Below, piece after piece: positions 17,869 through 27,913 of a stretch of DNA of 45,830 nucleotides; the first letter of the stretch is position 1, and each line of letters begins with the position of its first letter. Made by a program: the position numbers and the translations under genes. Source of the stretch: a virus (Duplodnaviria > Caudoviricetes); IMG/VR virus record IMGVR_UViG_3300043428_000210, positions 1 through 45,830 of that record. One strand, written 5' to 3'. The notes below the pieces were generated by a model. The model was not told the origin of the DNA. It saw only the letters and a program-made list of their open reading frames with translations, and made no database searches.

Positions 17869-19476
17869 TCAAGGCAACAATGGCAGACCGAGTTCTTTCA
17901 GAAACTCATTGTGTCGCTTGGTTGCTGCATTGATCCTCTGTTCAAGCGAAACCAGCTCCAAATTTACTGTGCCAAGGTCAATTTTTTCTTCGACATCCGC
18001 AGTGCTCACGTAGCGCGAGATATTCAGGTTGTAGCCTTCCTTCTTGATGCGCTCCATTGACACACGCATGGAATAGCGATCTTCTTCGCGGCGGTGTTGG
18101 TAGGTTTTGAGAATTTTTTCGATGTGCTCTGGTAACAGTCGGTTTTGCCGCTTGCCCGGTTCAAAGTGTTTGGCCGCGTTGATGAACAGTACGTCATCAG
18201 GCTTCTTGCATTTCTTCAGTACAAGAATGCATACTGGAATGCCAGTGGAGAAGAACAAATTAGCAGGCAGGCCGATCACCGTGTCAATATGGCCGTCCGT
18301 CAGCAGTTTGGTACGAATGCGCTCCTCTGCACCACCACGGAAGAGCACACCATGAGGCAGGATGATTGCCATCACGCCATCCTGCTTCAGATAATGAAAG
18401 CCGTGTAGCAGAAAGGCAAAGTCAGCAGCAGACTTTGGTGCAAGCCCGTAATTTTTGAACCGCATATCCTCCCCGAGTGCCTCGGTCGGATCCCAGCGGT
18501 AGCTGAACGGCGGGTTGGCCACTACTGCATCAAATTTTGGCTGTTTGGCCGGGTTCATTTCCCGTAACGCATCCCATTCGTTGGTGAGCGTATCGCCGTG
18601 GTAGATCTCGAACTCAGAATCCTTCACCCCGTGTAGCAGCATATTCATGCGCGCCAAGTTGTAGGTGGTGATATTTTTCTCTTGCCCGACGATCTTGCCA
18701 ATGCCATGCGGGCCCATACGATGACGTACGTTGAGCAGTAGCGAGCCAGAACCACAGGCTAAGTCGAACACGCTCTCCAGTTGCTTGCGCTGGCCGGTGG
18801 CTGGCTCTTGGCTATCCAGTGTGACGATGCCCGATAAGATGCTGGAAATCTGCTGTGGCGTGTAGAACTCACCGGCCTTTTTGCCACTACCGGCTGCAAA
18901 CTGCCCGATCAGGTATTCGTAGGCATCGCCAAGCGTGTCCTTGTTGGTCGAGAATTTTTCCAGCCCCTCGGCAATTGCCTTGATCACCGTACAGAGTTTG
19001 GCATTCTGAGCGGTGTAGCCTTTGCCCAATTTTTCCGAATTTAGGTTGATCTCGGAAAACAGGCCGCTAAAAGTGCTGGCGAATGACTCGTTCTCGATGT
19101 AATCAAAGCCCTTTTGGAGCGTATGCAGGAGTTCTTCGTCTTGCGTGCGCGCCATCTCGGCAATGCTGCTCCAGAGATAGGCAGGCTGAATCACGTAATG
19201 CACCTTGCGGCGCATCTGTTTCTCAAACTCTGCCGTGTCATCCGGGTTTTGCGCGTACCACACGGCTAGCGGAGCACGGCGGTCGTCTACGTCCAGTTTT
19301 GGGTAGTCTGAACCCAGCTCCTTTTGTGCTGCAGCCTCGTAGTTGTCGGATAAATAGCGCAGAAATAGGAAGGAGAGCATGTAATCGCGGAAATCATCTG
19401 CGTTCATCGCTCCACGCAAGGAGTCGGCAATACCCCACAAGGTGGTGCCTAGTTGTTTTTGATCTTGTTCGGTCAT
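17869..19476 (-). CDS. hsdM: Type I R-M methyltransferase subunit
   Basis: LWGIADSLRG, GEFYTPQ, DLACGSGSLL (motif I), VVANPPFS (m6A motif IV). Confidence 0.97.
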   Translation of the reverse strand: MTEQDQKQLGTTLWGIADSLRGAMNADDFRDYMLSFLFLRYLSDNYEAAAQKELGSDYPKLDVDDRRAPLAVWYAQNPDDTAEFEKQMRRKVHYVIQPAYLWSSIAEMARTQDEELLHTLQKGFDYIENESFASTFSGLFSEINLNSEKLGKGYTAQNAKLCTVIKAIAEGLEKFSTNKDTLGDAYEYLIGQFAAGSGKKAGEFYTPQQISSILSGIVTLDSQEPATGQRKQLESVFDLACGSGSLLLNVRHRMGPHGIGKIVGQEKNITTYNLARMNMLLHGVKDSEFEIYHGDTLTNEWDALREMNPAKQPKFDAVVANPPFSYRWDPTEALGEDMRFKNYGLAPKSAADFAFLLHGFHYLKQDGVMAIILPHGVLFRGGAEERIRTKLLTDGHIDTVIGLPANLFFSTGIPVCILVLKKCKKPDDVLFINAAKHFEPGKRQNRLLPEHIEKILKTYQHRREEDRYSMRVSMERIKKEGYNLNISRYVSTADVEEKIDLGTVNLELVSLEQRINAATKRHNEFLKELGLPLLP

Positions 19477-19489
19477 GGTTTTTTACTTG

Positions 19490-20695
19490 CTAAATAGAAG
19501 GCGTCGGTGTTGTGACCCGGGCGGGAACAATTCCGGGTAGGGCAAAGTCAAATCTCGCGATGAATTCGCGCAGGATGCGTCGGAAAAGTTCCTTGTTGTC
19601 CTCGCCCATTTCCGTGGGTTCATGAATGGCATAGGCGCCGTGACTTAACAGGTTCAGGGCCCGATTGAACAGCGCCCGATCTGCGTCGTTATCGAGCGCC
19701 TTCAGGCAAAAGGCGATGCTCGAGTGCCCGAAGAATGAAGCCGTTTTCTCCATGACACTGCGCAGGGCGTTGAAGTGAAAGGTGTAGAGCTTCCCCTTCT
19801 TTGGATCAGCTGCGAGCTGCAATTCAGCGAGCGTCGCTACATGGTGAAAGAAGGGTGTGTCTTCCGTCGCCTGAAGCGTGTACGTGCCATCGCTGCTCGG
19901 GCGGTGCAGGAAATAGCGCCGATGTTCGACTGCGGGCGCATCATCAGTCTTTCGTCCAACCTCATTGCAAATGACATTGAAGAACAGCGCATGGTGCGAA
20001 GAGAAGATTACCTTGATCGGAGCGGGCTCCCCGTTAGCATTCTTCCTCGTTGCCGCCCGACGGAGCAGCTTAGCCAGGTCGCAGGCAATTGAGATTGCGT
20101 TGTTGTCATCCAAGGACGAAATCGGGTCGTCGATATAGAGGTACTTCTTCCCCTGATAGGATTCATGCCCATCCAGCATCCGTTCGAAGATAGCCATGAA
20201 GACGCACCAGATAAAGATGTTCTGTTCGCCCCGTGATACCTTGATATTCGTCTCACCGCCTTTTCGGAAGCTCACGAAATCTGGTTTGGAGATCGCATCC
20301 TTGCCCTGCTGAACATCCTTGTAGGTGAAGTCGAAATCGAAATCGGCATAGCGGGAAAGATAGCGAGCGATGGTCTCGTCCAGCGCGAGTTCCGTCATGG
20401 CGTTGAAGAAGGATGACTTTTTATTCAATTGCAGGTGACGCACGCTGTCGCCTTCGAGGTCGTTTTCCCAGACAAACAGATCCTCGGTGAAAGCGTTGAA
20501 ATAGAGCGTATCGGGTGTCCCGGTCGGATTCTTCTTGTTCTTGCGCTTACCTGCGTCCTTAAACTCCATCGACAGGCGGGTCTTGCCGGTGCGGTTGTAG
20601 GCATAGATCAGGACCAGGGAGACTGGCCCCGTCGGGTTGTTTAGGTCGTCACGAAGCCGCGCTACAAGAGATTTCAGTGTCTTGTAGGTGATCAT
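19490..20695 (-). CDS. prrC: PrrC-family anticodon nuclease (ABC ATPase plus HEPN)
   Basis: LIYAYNRTGKTRLS, PrrC box YFNAFTEDLFVWENDL, IKVSRGE, IDDPISSLDDN, LRSVMEKTASFFG, RALNLLSH; lies inside the hsd locus. Confidence 0.9.
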   Translation of the reverse strand: MITYKTLKSLVARLRDDLNNPTGPVSLVLIYAYNRTGKTRLSMEFKDAGKRKNKKNPTGTPDTLYFNAFTEDLFVWENDLEGDSVRHLQLNKKSSFFNAMTELALDETIARYLSRYADFDFDFTYKDVQQGKDAISKPDFVSFRKGGETNIKVSRGEQNIFIWCVFMAIFERMLDGHESYQGKKYLYIDDPISSLDDNNAISIACDLAKLLRRAATRKNANGEPAPIKVIFSSHHALFFNVICNEVGRKTDDAPAVEHRRYFLHRPSSDGTYTLQATEDTPFFHHVATLAELQLAADPKKGKLYTFHFNALRSVMEKTASFFGHSSIAFCLKALDNDADRALFNRALNLLSHGAYAIHEPTEMGEDNKELFRRILREFIARFDFALPGIVPARVTTPTPSI

Positions 20696-21996
20696 GCATC
20701 AGCCTCCCCGATTTGAGGGAAAAGCCGCTGCATCAGCCCTATTTTATGGGCTTTGATATTTTCGACTTTCTTAGTTTGAGCGGCGATAATCTCGTCGATA
20801 GAAGCTAGGCAGGCGGCGATTCTCTTTTGCTCATTTTTTTGTGGGAACAAAACGGGCAATAGTTTAATTATTTCGGAATTAAGGTTTTGTACGCCGCCGC
20901 CAGCAGCATTATTTGAAAAATACTTCTGACTAGCAGATGTCATTATCCAATAATAGAGAAAATCTCTATCAATACTGTCATCAATTTCGGAAACTGCAAT
21001 CCAACCATCATGAATGCAGGTTTCTATCTCTAGAATATACGGACGACCAAAACTCATTGAATTTGACAGTATCAAGTCTCCTGGCTTGACTACTCGAGTT
21101 TTGGTTATGGCGGCAGGAATTACTTTTTCTTGTGTACTTGTGACAAACTTTGATTCTTTATCAATATCACCAATTTTTAGCCAATTCAGACCAATTACGT
21201 CGCTAGTTATGTAGTCATCAATCGGACGGGGTGAGCCACCTCGAACGATCTTTGCGAGGTCATCAAGCCGTCTTTCAGACCATCTACCTGCTCCTCGAAA
21301 ATCGGGGAAACGTAAATTAGGAAGGATTTCTCCCGTCAAGGGAAAAAGTTGCTGCATTAACCCATTTTTATAGGTCTTGAGTGTGGCGAGCTTTTTGGTC
21401 TCAACGGAAATTTTTTCGTCAATGGAAGCGAGAAAGTCTGCTATTTTCTGATGCTCTTCCGATGTGGATACGGGCAGAGGCATGACCATAAAATCGCTAT
21501 TTGAGATTGCCATACGGTCGTGCCTGGCACCCGTGCTAGACGCCTGCCGCATGTAATCATGCCAAACAGATGTCTTAAAATAGTATGCGTAAAAATCATT
21601 GAATTCAATTGAAAAGCGAAATACTGTGTATAGCGGAGACATCACCCCAGTAGCAATGTTATTCTTTGAAATCGGGCCTACTGGCGCAGTTGCCGATATT
21701 CTTGGGTTGTATACGTAGTCACCTTTCTCAACGACATAATAGCTTTCCAGGTTTCCTTGAGTGGCAATGTCCTTGTCAAAGTAATCGCGCTGATCAACTA
21801 CGCCATATTCCGCTGAGTTCGTTAGGACTCGCGTTATTGCCCCATCCCGATTTTTCTGGATGCAGCGTTTGGCTAGCTTGTTTAACGGGACAAATTTCCA
21901 TTCTGCTGCCCCCCGAAACTCGGGGAACCTCAGTGTTGGCACGAAACCATTATTTTTTTCTAGTTGCATTGGCATGCCTTCCTTGTTATTGCTCAT
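20692..21996 (-). CDS. hsdS: Type I R-M specificity subunit
   Basis: Two TRDs with repeated conserved blocks (PTLRFPEF / PNLRFPDF; EHQKIADFL / EQKRIAACL; GLMQQLFP / GLMQRLFP); start overlaps the hsdR stop. Confidence 0.95.
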   Translation of the reverse strand: MSNNKEGMPMQLEKNNGFVPTLRFPEFRGAAEWKFVPLNKLAKRCIQKNRDGAITRVLTNSAEYGVVDQRDYFDKDIATQGNLESYYVVEKGDYVYNPRISATAPVGPISKNNIATGVMSPLYTVFRFSIEFNDFYAYYFKTSVWHDYMRQASSTGARHDRMAISNSDFMVMPLPVSTSEEHQKIADFLASIDEKISVETKKLATLKTYKNGLMQQLFPLTGEILPNLRFPDFRGAGRWSERRLDDLAKIVRGGSPRPIDDYITSDVIGLNWLKIGDIDKESKFVTSTQEKVIPAAITKTRVVKPGDLILSNSMSFGRPYILEIETCIHDGWIAVSEIDDSIDRDFLYYWIMTSASQKYFSNNAAGGGVQNLNSEIIKLLPVLFPQKNEQKRIAACLASIDEIIAAQTKKVENIKAHKIGLMQRLFPQIGEADA

Positions 21997-24970
21997 ACGC
22001 ACCCAACCCTGAGATCTCCCGTCCTTGGGCGAGTTTCTTGAGCAGCGGAATCAAGTCTTCCATCAACATCAGCTCTGCCTTTGTGCGCGCCTTCCAACCC
22101 AGCCCCAGCGGAGCGAACAACTCGCTTAGTTGGTCACCGTCGAACACCATACGGCGCAAGGTGGTTTCCACAAATGCTTGCAGGGCAGCCGTGTCCAACG
22201 AGTGCTTGGCCGCAACGCTAGCCAAAGCCTTCGCGTGTTTTTCCGCCTTAAAGCTGTCAAAACCTGCGCGGATAGCCTTCTCGTCCAGCGCCTTGCCTGC
22301 TTCCAACGTACCGATGTACTCAGCGATGTCGTCCCGCTCGTCGATGAACTTTGCATCGGCCTGAATGAGACCAATCAGTTGCTCGCGACTCATCTTCTGT
22401 TTGCCCGGCGTCTGGCTGGAGTAGCGAGCAATCAACGCCATGATGTAGTCGTAATCGATGATGCTACTTGCAAACAGCACAAACTCGAAGTCGAGTTGCT
22501 GCACCGCAGGGTCAGTCTTGTCGCCGCCCGTGTCTTGCTTTTCCTTCAGACGTTGGGCCGTGTCGATGTACACACCCTTGAAGCCCTGCAACTGATCGTT
22601 GGGCAGGATCTGTTCAATGCTGGTCTTGTTGTCTGGGGTCAGATCGGTGTACTGATCGAGTTGAGTGTTGAGGCGCTGCACCTCTTTAAACAGATTGATG
22701 AACTGCGCCCGTGCGGCATCTCCCTTGAGATTTGCTACCGCCTCGGGCTTGTTTTCAAGCCCTTGTGACTGCATGAACGTATCCAATGCTTGCACGGCAG
22801 TTTGCAGTTTTTCTATGACCACTGGGGCCTTGTCCACCAGCCAGATTTCCTTGGCGGGCTTGCTGGCTTGGCCGGAGAACAGGCCAATAGCGGTATCGAC
22901 AGCATCCTGCTGCTGACGGAAGTCGAGGATGTTGCCGTAGGGCTTGGTGTCGTTCAGAACGCGGTTGGTGCGCGAAAACGCCTGAATCAACCCGTGGAAC
23001 TTGAGGTTCTTGTCCACGTACAGCGTGTTCAGGTACTTGGAGTCAAATCCGGTGAGCAGCATATCCACCACGATGGTGATGTCGATCTTCTGCGCGTGTG
23101 GCAGATCAGCATTGGGCCATTGCTGATCCTTGATGCGCTTTTGCACGTCCTGGTAGTAGAGATCGAACTCACCAATGCTGTGGTTGCTGCCATATTGGGC
23201 GTTGTAGTCGCCAATGATGGCTTTCAAGGCGGCTTTCTTTTCGTCTGGCGCTTCTTCGTTGTCCGCCTTTTCCTGCGGCAGGTCTTCCTGAATCTGCTGT
23301 ACGTCTTTGTTACCTTCGGCGGGTGGTGAGAACACACAGGCAATGTTCAATGGCTGAAAGGCGCCGTTCTCGGCTAACTTTTCAGACTGTATTGTTTTGA
23401 ACAGAGCGTGATACTCGATGGCGTCGTTGATGCTCGCGGTGGCCAACACCGCGTTGAACTTGCGACCGTTGGTGGCGGCGTCGTGCTTGGCGAGAATGGC
23501 TTCGACGATGGCGCGCTTGGCCAATGGCTCGCCGGGTTTGGGTGATTTCTTGGCGTCCGGTTTACTATCTGGTTTGTAGTAATCCACGTGGAAGCGCAGC
23601 ACATTGCGGTCTTCGATGGCGTGGGTGATGGTGTAGGCGTGCAGTTGTTGCTGGAAGATGTCTGCCGTTGTCTTGAAGCTGGCCTGCTGCCCCTCGACTT
23701 GCTGATAGCTGGCGTTATCTTCAAAAATTGGCGTGCCAGTAAAGCCAAAAAGCTGCGCGTTAGGGAAGAACTCCTTGATGGCTTTGTGATTCTCGCCAAA
23801 TTGCGAACGGTGGCATTCATCAAAAATGAAAACCATGCGCTGATTGCGCAGCGGCTCAAGCCGCTCCTTGTAGTTTTTCTTGTTGCTGCCATCCAGCGCC
23901 AAGCCAAGCTTCTGGATGGTGGTGACGATCACCTTGTCCGCGTAATCGTCAGAAAGCAGACGGCGCACCAGCGTTTCGGTGTTGGTGTTCTCCTCGACAC
24001 AACCCTCCTGAAACTTGTTGAATTCCTCCCGGGTCTGGCGGTCGAGGTCTTTACGGTCGACCACGAACAGGCATTTGTCTATGTCTGGATTGTCTTTCAG
24101 CAGGGTGGATGCTTTGAACGAGGTCAGCGTTTTACCGCTACCCGTGGTGTGCCAGATATAGCCATTGCCACAGCGCTGGTGAATGCACTCGACTATCGCC
24201 TTGACCGCATAGATCTGATACGGGCGCATCATCAGCAACTTTTGCTCGCTGGCTACCAGCACCATGTAGCGGCTGATCATCTGCCCCAGCGTGCATTTGA
24301 CGAGGAAAGCGTCGGCAAAGCTGTCCAGATGAGTGATCTTGCTGTTGTCCTCTGCCGCAAACTGATAGAGCGGCAGGAAGCGTTCATCGGCATTGAAGCT
24401 GAAGTGACGGCTGTTGTTGTTGGCGAAATACCAAGTGTCCGTTCGGTTGCTGACGATGAACAATTGCAAGAAGCACAACAAGGTCTTCGTGTAGCCATTA
24501 CCGGGATCGTTCTTGTAGTCGACGATCTGCTGCATTGCCCGGCGAGGACTGATGGCCAGCGTTTTCAGTTCGATCTGTACCACGGGCACACCATTGATCA
24601 ACAAGATCACGTCATAACGGTGGTGGCTGTAGTCGGTACTGATTCGCAGCTGGTTGACCACCTCGAAGTTGTTCTTGCACCAGTCCTTGATGTTGACTAG
24701 CGTGTAATAGAGTGGCGTGCCATCGTCACGCTCGAAGCTATTCTTCTCACGTAGGTGCTTGGCTGCAGAGAATACATCTGGCGTGACGATGGAATCCAGC
24801 AAGCGTGCAAATTCGCTATCGGTCAGTTGAACACGATTGAGCGTCTCGAAGTGCTTACGAAAGTTATGCTCCAGCGCAGCGCGATCGCGGATGTCTGGGC
24901 GATAGGTATATTTAAGATCTTCCAGTTTGGAGATCAGATCCCGCTCGATTTGGTTTTCGGTTGTTGTCAT
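21986..24970 (-). CDS. hsdR: Type I R-M restriction subunit (EcoR124I/type IC-like)
   Basis: RYDVILLINGVPVVQIELK, MRPYQ, WHTTGSGKT, FDECHRSQFG, GFTGTPIF, MLLTGFDS, QAFSRTNR. Confidence 0.97.
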   Translation of the reverse strand: MTTTENQIERDLISKLEDLKYTYRPDIRDRAALEHNFRKHFETLNRVQLTDSEFARLLDSIVTPDVFSAAKHLREKNSFERDDGTPLYYTLVNIKDWCKNNFEVVNQLRISTDYSHHRYDVILLINGVPVVQIELKTLAISPRRAMQQIVDYKNDPGNGYTKTLLCFLQLFIVSNRTDTWYFANNNSRHFSFNADERFLPLYQFAAEDNSKITHLDSFADAFLVKCTLGQMISRYMVLVASEQKLLMMRPYQIYAVKAIVECIHQRCGNGYIWHTTGSGKTLTSFKASTLLKDNPDIDKCLFVVDRKDLDRQTREEFNKFQEGCVEENTNTETLVRRLLSDDYADKVIVTTIQKLGLALDGSNKKNYKERLEPLRNQRMVFIFDECHRSQFGENHKAIKEFFPNAQLFGFTGTPIFEDNASYQQVEGQQASFKTTADIFQQQLHAYTITHAIEDRNVLRFHVDYYKPDSKPDAKKSPKPGEPLAKRAIVEAILAKHDAATNGRKFNAVLATASINDAIEYHALFKTIQSEKLAENGAFQPLNIACVFSPPAEGNKDVQQIQEDLPQEKADNEEAPDEKKAALKAIIGDYNAQYGSNHSIGEFDLYYQDVQKRIKDQQWPNADLPHAQKIDITIVVDMLLTGFDSKYLNTLYVDKNLKFHGLIQAFSRTNRVLNDTKPYGNILDFRQQQDAVDTAIGLFSGQASKPAKEIWLVDKAPVVIEKLQTAVQALDTFMQSQGLENKPEAVANLKGDAARAQFINLFKEVQRLNTQLDQYTDLTPDNKTSIEQILPNDQLQGFKGVYIDTAQRLKEKQDTGGDKTDPAVQQLDFEFVLFASSIIDYDYIMALIARYSSQTPGKQKMSREQLIGLIQADAKFIDERDDIAEYIGTLEAGKALDEKAIRAGFDSFKAEKHAKALASVAAKHSLDTAALQAFVETTLRRMVFDGDQLSELFAPLGLGWKARTKAELMLMEDLIPLLKKLAQGREISGLGAYEQ

Positions 24971-25041
24971 GAATCAAGCCTTAATTTTGTGAGCCAACAC
25001 AGAGCAGGCTTTTGTTTGAGTGATTCTGCGTCATTATGTTT

Positions 25042-25974
25042 TTATCCTTTCCATCCCGTTTTCACTGCTGGGGCCTGGTAACCTGGTGCGAGCTTAGCGT
25101 TTTCGACACCATATAGTGCTAGCGAATCGCTGAGCCATAGGCGGTATTGCTCCTCTGTAAGACGGTGGTCGGACGAGCAGTCCACGCTCCAACGCAGCAG
25201 CATGTAGCCTGCCACAGCTGCGCGCACGCGCATCCGAATCGACCCGTCGGTCATCCCGTAATCCATCCGGATGATCTCTGGGCGTTCAAGGCGAGGGTGA
25301 GGCACGAAGTCCAGCTCGACGATGCGCGTCCACTGGATATCGTTATCCGGCCGTTCGTTCGCTTGCGGTACTTCATCAAGCAGCGTTGGTGTTTCGATTC
25401 GTGTGACGACGAAATCGCGGAACTCCCCAGTTTTTCGATCAAAAGCCCGGACATGCCAGCGCAGTCCAGTGTCCACCAGGGCAAAGGGCACGATGACCCG
25501 ATCGGATTTACCGCTGCTCATAGAGTAGTAGCGGATCGCGACTGGTCGATTGGCGTGGATAGCACGGCAGATCGGGGCCAGTACATCCATCTTCGGGTTG
25601 CTCAAGGCTGTGGGGAACTCGCACGACAGAAGGGGGTGCGTTGTCCCGTTCACGCCATCGCCAAAGCCCAAAGCAAGCGCCGACAGCACACGCTGCGATG
25701 CGTGGTTAAACAGTGGGGTGAACGCCTGACCGATGCGGTAGATCTTGTTACTGCCGTCAAAGGTGATGTTCTGTGGCGCGATTTCACGGTAAAGCGCCAA
25801 GTCGCGCGTCGCGCCTGCCGGAGCTACGCCGAAGCGCTCAATCAGGTCGGGACGACCGATTTCACCGAGGAAGTAGAGGCGAAAGTCGATGTAGGCCAGT
25901 CGCTCGCGCTGGGCGTGACTCAAGTTCTCGACGCGCTGGGCTTTCATGCTTGTAATAACCTTTGCTGGCTGCAT
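25042..25974 (-). CDS. WYL-domain transcriptional regulator (BrxR/CapW-like)
   Basis: N-term wHTH (ERLAYIDFRLYFLG...ATRDLALY), RWHVRAFDR...FRDFV.TRI, C-term WCX-like; upstream of hsdR; start may be at 25947. Confidence 0.9.
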   Translation of the reverse strand: MQPAKVITSMKAQRVENLSHAQRERLAYIDFRLYFLGEIGRPDLIERFGVAPAGATRDLALYREIAPQNITFDGSNKIYRIGQAFTPLFNHASQRVLSALALGFGDGVNGTTHPLLSCEFPTALSNPKMDVLAPICRAIHANRPVAIRYYSMSSGKSDRVIVPFALVDTGLRWHVRAFDRKTGEFRDFVVTRIETPTLLDEVPQANERPDNDIQWTRIVELDFVPHPRLERPEIIRMDYGMTDGSIRMRVRAAVAGYMLLRWSVDCSSDHRLTEEQYRLWLSDSLALYGVENAKLAPGYQAPAVKTGWKG

Positions 25975-25996
25975 GGGCTAATTTTGCTTAAATCAT

Positions 25997-26045
25997 ATCA
26001 TCAATATGATGATGTATTAAGATCTGGTTTGATGAAGTATCAAAC
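25997..26045. promoter_or_regulatory. Two inverted repeats in the divergent WYL/NYN intergenic region (candidate operators)
   Basis: ATCATCA-ata-TGATGAT (25997-26013) and GTTTGAT-gaagt-ATCAAAC (26027-26045). Confidence 0.6.
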
Positions 26046-26057
26046 TTCGACCAAGGA

Positions 26058-26921
26058 GTGACCATGGGTATATCGCAAGGGTACAGCGGACCACATCAGA
26101 TTCACTATCTGTTTATCGATGGCGAGCAGCTTCGCCAAACGTTGAAGGAGGTGGGAACGTTCTGGTTCGGCAAGCCAATCGATATTGACTATCGAAAATT
26201 GCAGCGCGACTGTCAGAAAGTCTTTTATTACGATTGTCTCCCTGCCAAGCGAGACCAATTGAACGAGACCGAGTACGAGCAAAAACTCCAAGAGAAGCAG
26301 GCGTTCTTCGACGGGTTGCGATCGCTGGCTGGCTGGCATGTCAGCGAGGGACTGGCGCGACATCGCAAGAAGGAGCGGCAGGAGCAAAAGGAGGTGGACA
26401 TTCTCATCGCGGTGGACATGTTGACCCACACCTACCGCAAGAACATGGATCGGCTCACCTTTCTTTCTGGTGATCAGGACTTTGCGCCTCTCCTGGAGGC
26501 CGTTGTTCGCGATGGCATGTATGTTGAATTGCTTTACCCAGAAGGCCACACTGCGCGCGACTTGAAGTATTTTGCAGACGTTGCCAAGCCGATGGACATC
26601 GACTTTCTTTTAAGTATTGCGACGGAAGATTTCAGCCGCAGGCACGCATTCCCGCAAGCCTCTTGGGAAACTCAGGCGGAACCAGACAATGCGACCTGGA
26701 CATGGGATGGTATGCAGGGCAGCCGAATGATCGGTAAGGGCTGGAAAGAGGCCAGCGGGAGCATGCTTTGCTTCAGGACCACCCTGCCAAGCTCTCAAGG
26801 TCACTACTTAAGCGTGCGTGGCCAGGACTATGAGTGCGTCAAGCGTTATTTCGAGCTGCGGCTCGGTAGCCACTTGGGCCAGCCCGACTTCAAACTGGAA
26901 TGGGAGCGTCGGGGTTTTTAG
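26058..26921 (+). CDS. NYN (LabA/DUF88, PIN-like) domain protein with a C-terminal extension
   Basis: LFIDGEQL, FYYD, QKEVDILIAVDM, LSGDQDFAPL acidic motifs; AAGGAG RBS. Confidence 0.88.
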   Translation: MTMGISQGYSGPHQIHYLFIDGEQLRQTLKEVGTFWFGKPIDIDYRKLQRDCQKVFYYDCLPAKRDQLNETEYEQKLQEKQAFFDGLRSLAGWHVSEGLARHRKKERQEQKEVDILIAVDMLTHTYRKNMDRLTFLSGDQDFAPLLEAVVRDGMYVELLYPEGHTARDLKYFADVAKPMDIDFLLSIATEDFSRRHAFPQASWETQAEPDNATWTWDGMQGSRMIGKGWKEASGSMLCFRTTLPSSQGHYLSVRGQDYECVKRYFELRLGSHLGQPDFKLEWERRGF

Positions 26922-27094
26922 TTTGATCAAGGGTCTTGATAAGGTTGGTTGGAGTCATTCAAATCGCCGTGTCTAAACGGCAGCAACCGCCAACACCGGA
27001 AGTTACTCGACCTAGATTTCAAGGTATGGACAGATAGCGGTGGGGCCGTAAGTGCTTGACGCCTCACGCCAGTTGCGCAGGCACTTGTCTTTAC

Positions 27095-27913
27095 TTACCA
27101 GCTGCCCGCTTGAGGGTTATCCGGGGTGGGGAGAGCCAGGGTAGGAGGGGGCGCGGCCTGAGCCGCGGCCCGCTGGGCTTGCATCTGAGCGACCCTGTCT
27201 CTCAGAGTTGCAACAACGGCAAGAGCGTCGGGCGATTGGTCCGCCAACTTCTGCATGAGGGCGAACGTGTCTTCGATTTTCGAAGGACTAACGTAGGTGA
27301 CTACCTTGCACATCATCTCGTAAACCTTTTTACGGGACTTCGCAGCAAACTTCCGTGACAGGCGCAGGAGATTGATGCCGTCCATCGCACATATCGAGAT
27401 GGTTTCGGGGCCTTTTGTACTTCCTGGTACCGGTGCTATCCGACCTATCTCGTCAAAACTCAGATGGTGGTCCCACTCGTCGAAGTGTGGGTGAAGAATC
27501 TTGTAGTCGGTAGACAAGCCGGGGATGGCCAGAGGCCGCACGGTTTCATTCGTCAACACTGACTTCGCGGATTTGTGTGTGTTGCATATCACGCAAGCTA
27601 CTGCGATGTTCTCCGGGAGGAACATGAACTCCGGGAAACCAGATTTGTCCAAAATGTGCTCTGCGTCGTACACGCGGGCATTCGGTTGGAGCTCCATGCT
27701 GCAGTAGCAGCACCGGTTCGCCTGGTGCCAAAAATAGTGATCCTTGACTTCCGCCCTGAACTTGTTGACTAGGTTTCGGTGCTGATACGCGGTGTCGGAC
27801 CATAAATGGTGATTCTGTGCGCCATCGGTCTTCAGCGTGCCGTGTTCCACGGCGTTGAGCGTGGTCAGCTGAGTCAGGGGGGCTGCTTTATCTCTGAAGG
27901 TCATTGTGCTCAC
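27095..27913 (-). CDS. HNH endonuclease (Septu PtuB-like)
   Basis: RCCYC...AEHILDK..FPEFMF.PENIAVACVICN..K, ILHPHFD; overlaps the upstream ATPase stop. Confidence 0.85.
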   Translation of the reverse strand: MSTMTFRDKAAPLTQLTTLNAVEHGTLKTDGAQNHHLWSDTAYQHRNLVNKFRAEVKDHYFWHQANRCCYCSMELQPNARVYDAEHILDKSGFPEFMFLPENIAVACVICNTHKSAKSVLTNETVRPLAIPGLSTDYKILHPHFDEWDHHLSFDEIGRIAPVPGSTKGPETISICAMDGINLLRLSRKFAAKSRKKVYEMMCKVVTYVSPSKIEDTFALMQKLADQSPDALAVVATLRDRVAQMQAQRAAAQAAPPPTLALPTPDNPQAGSW

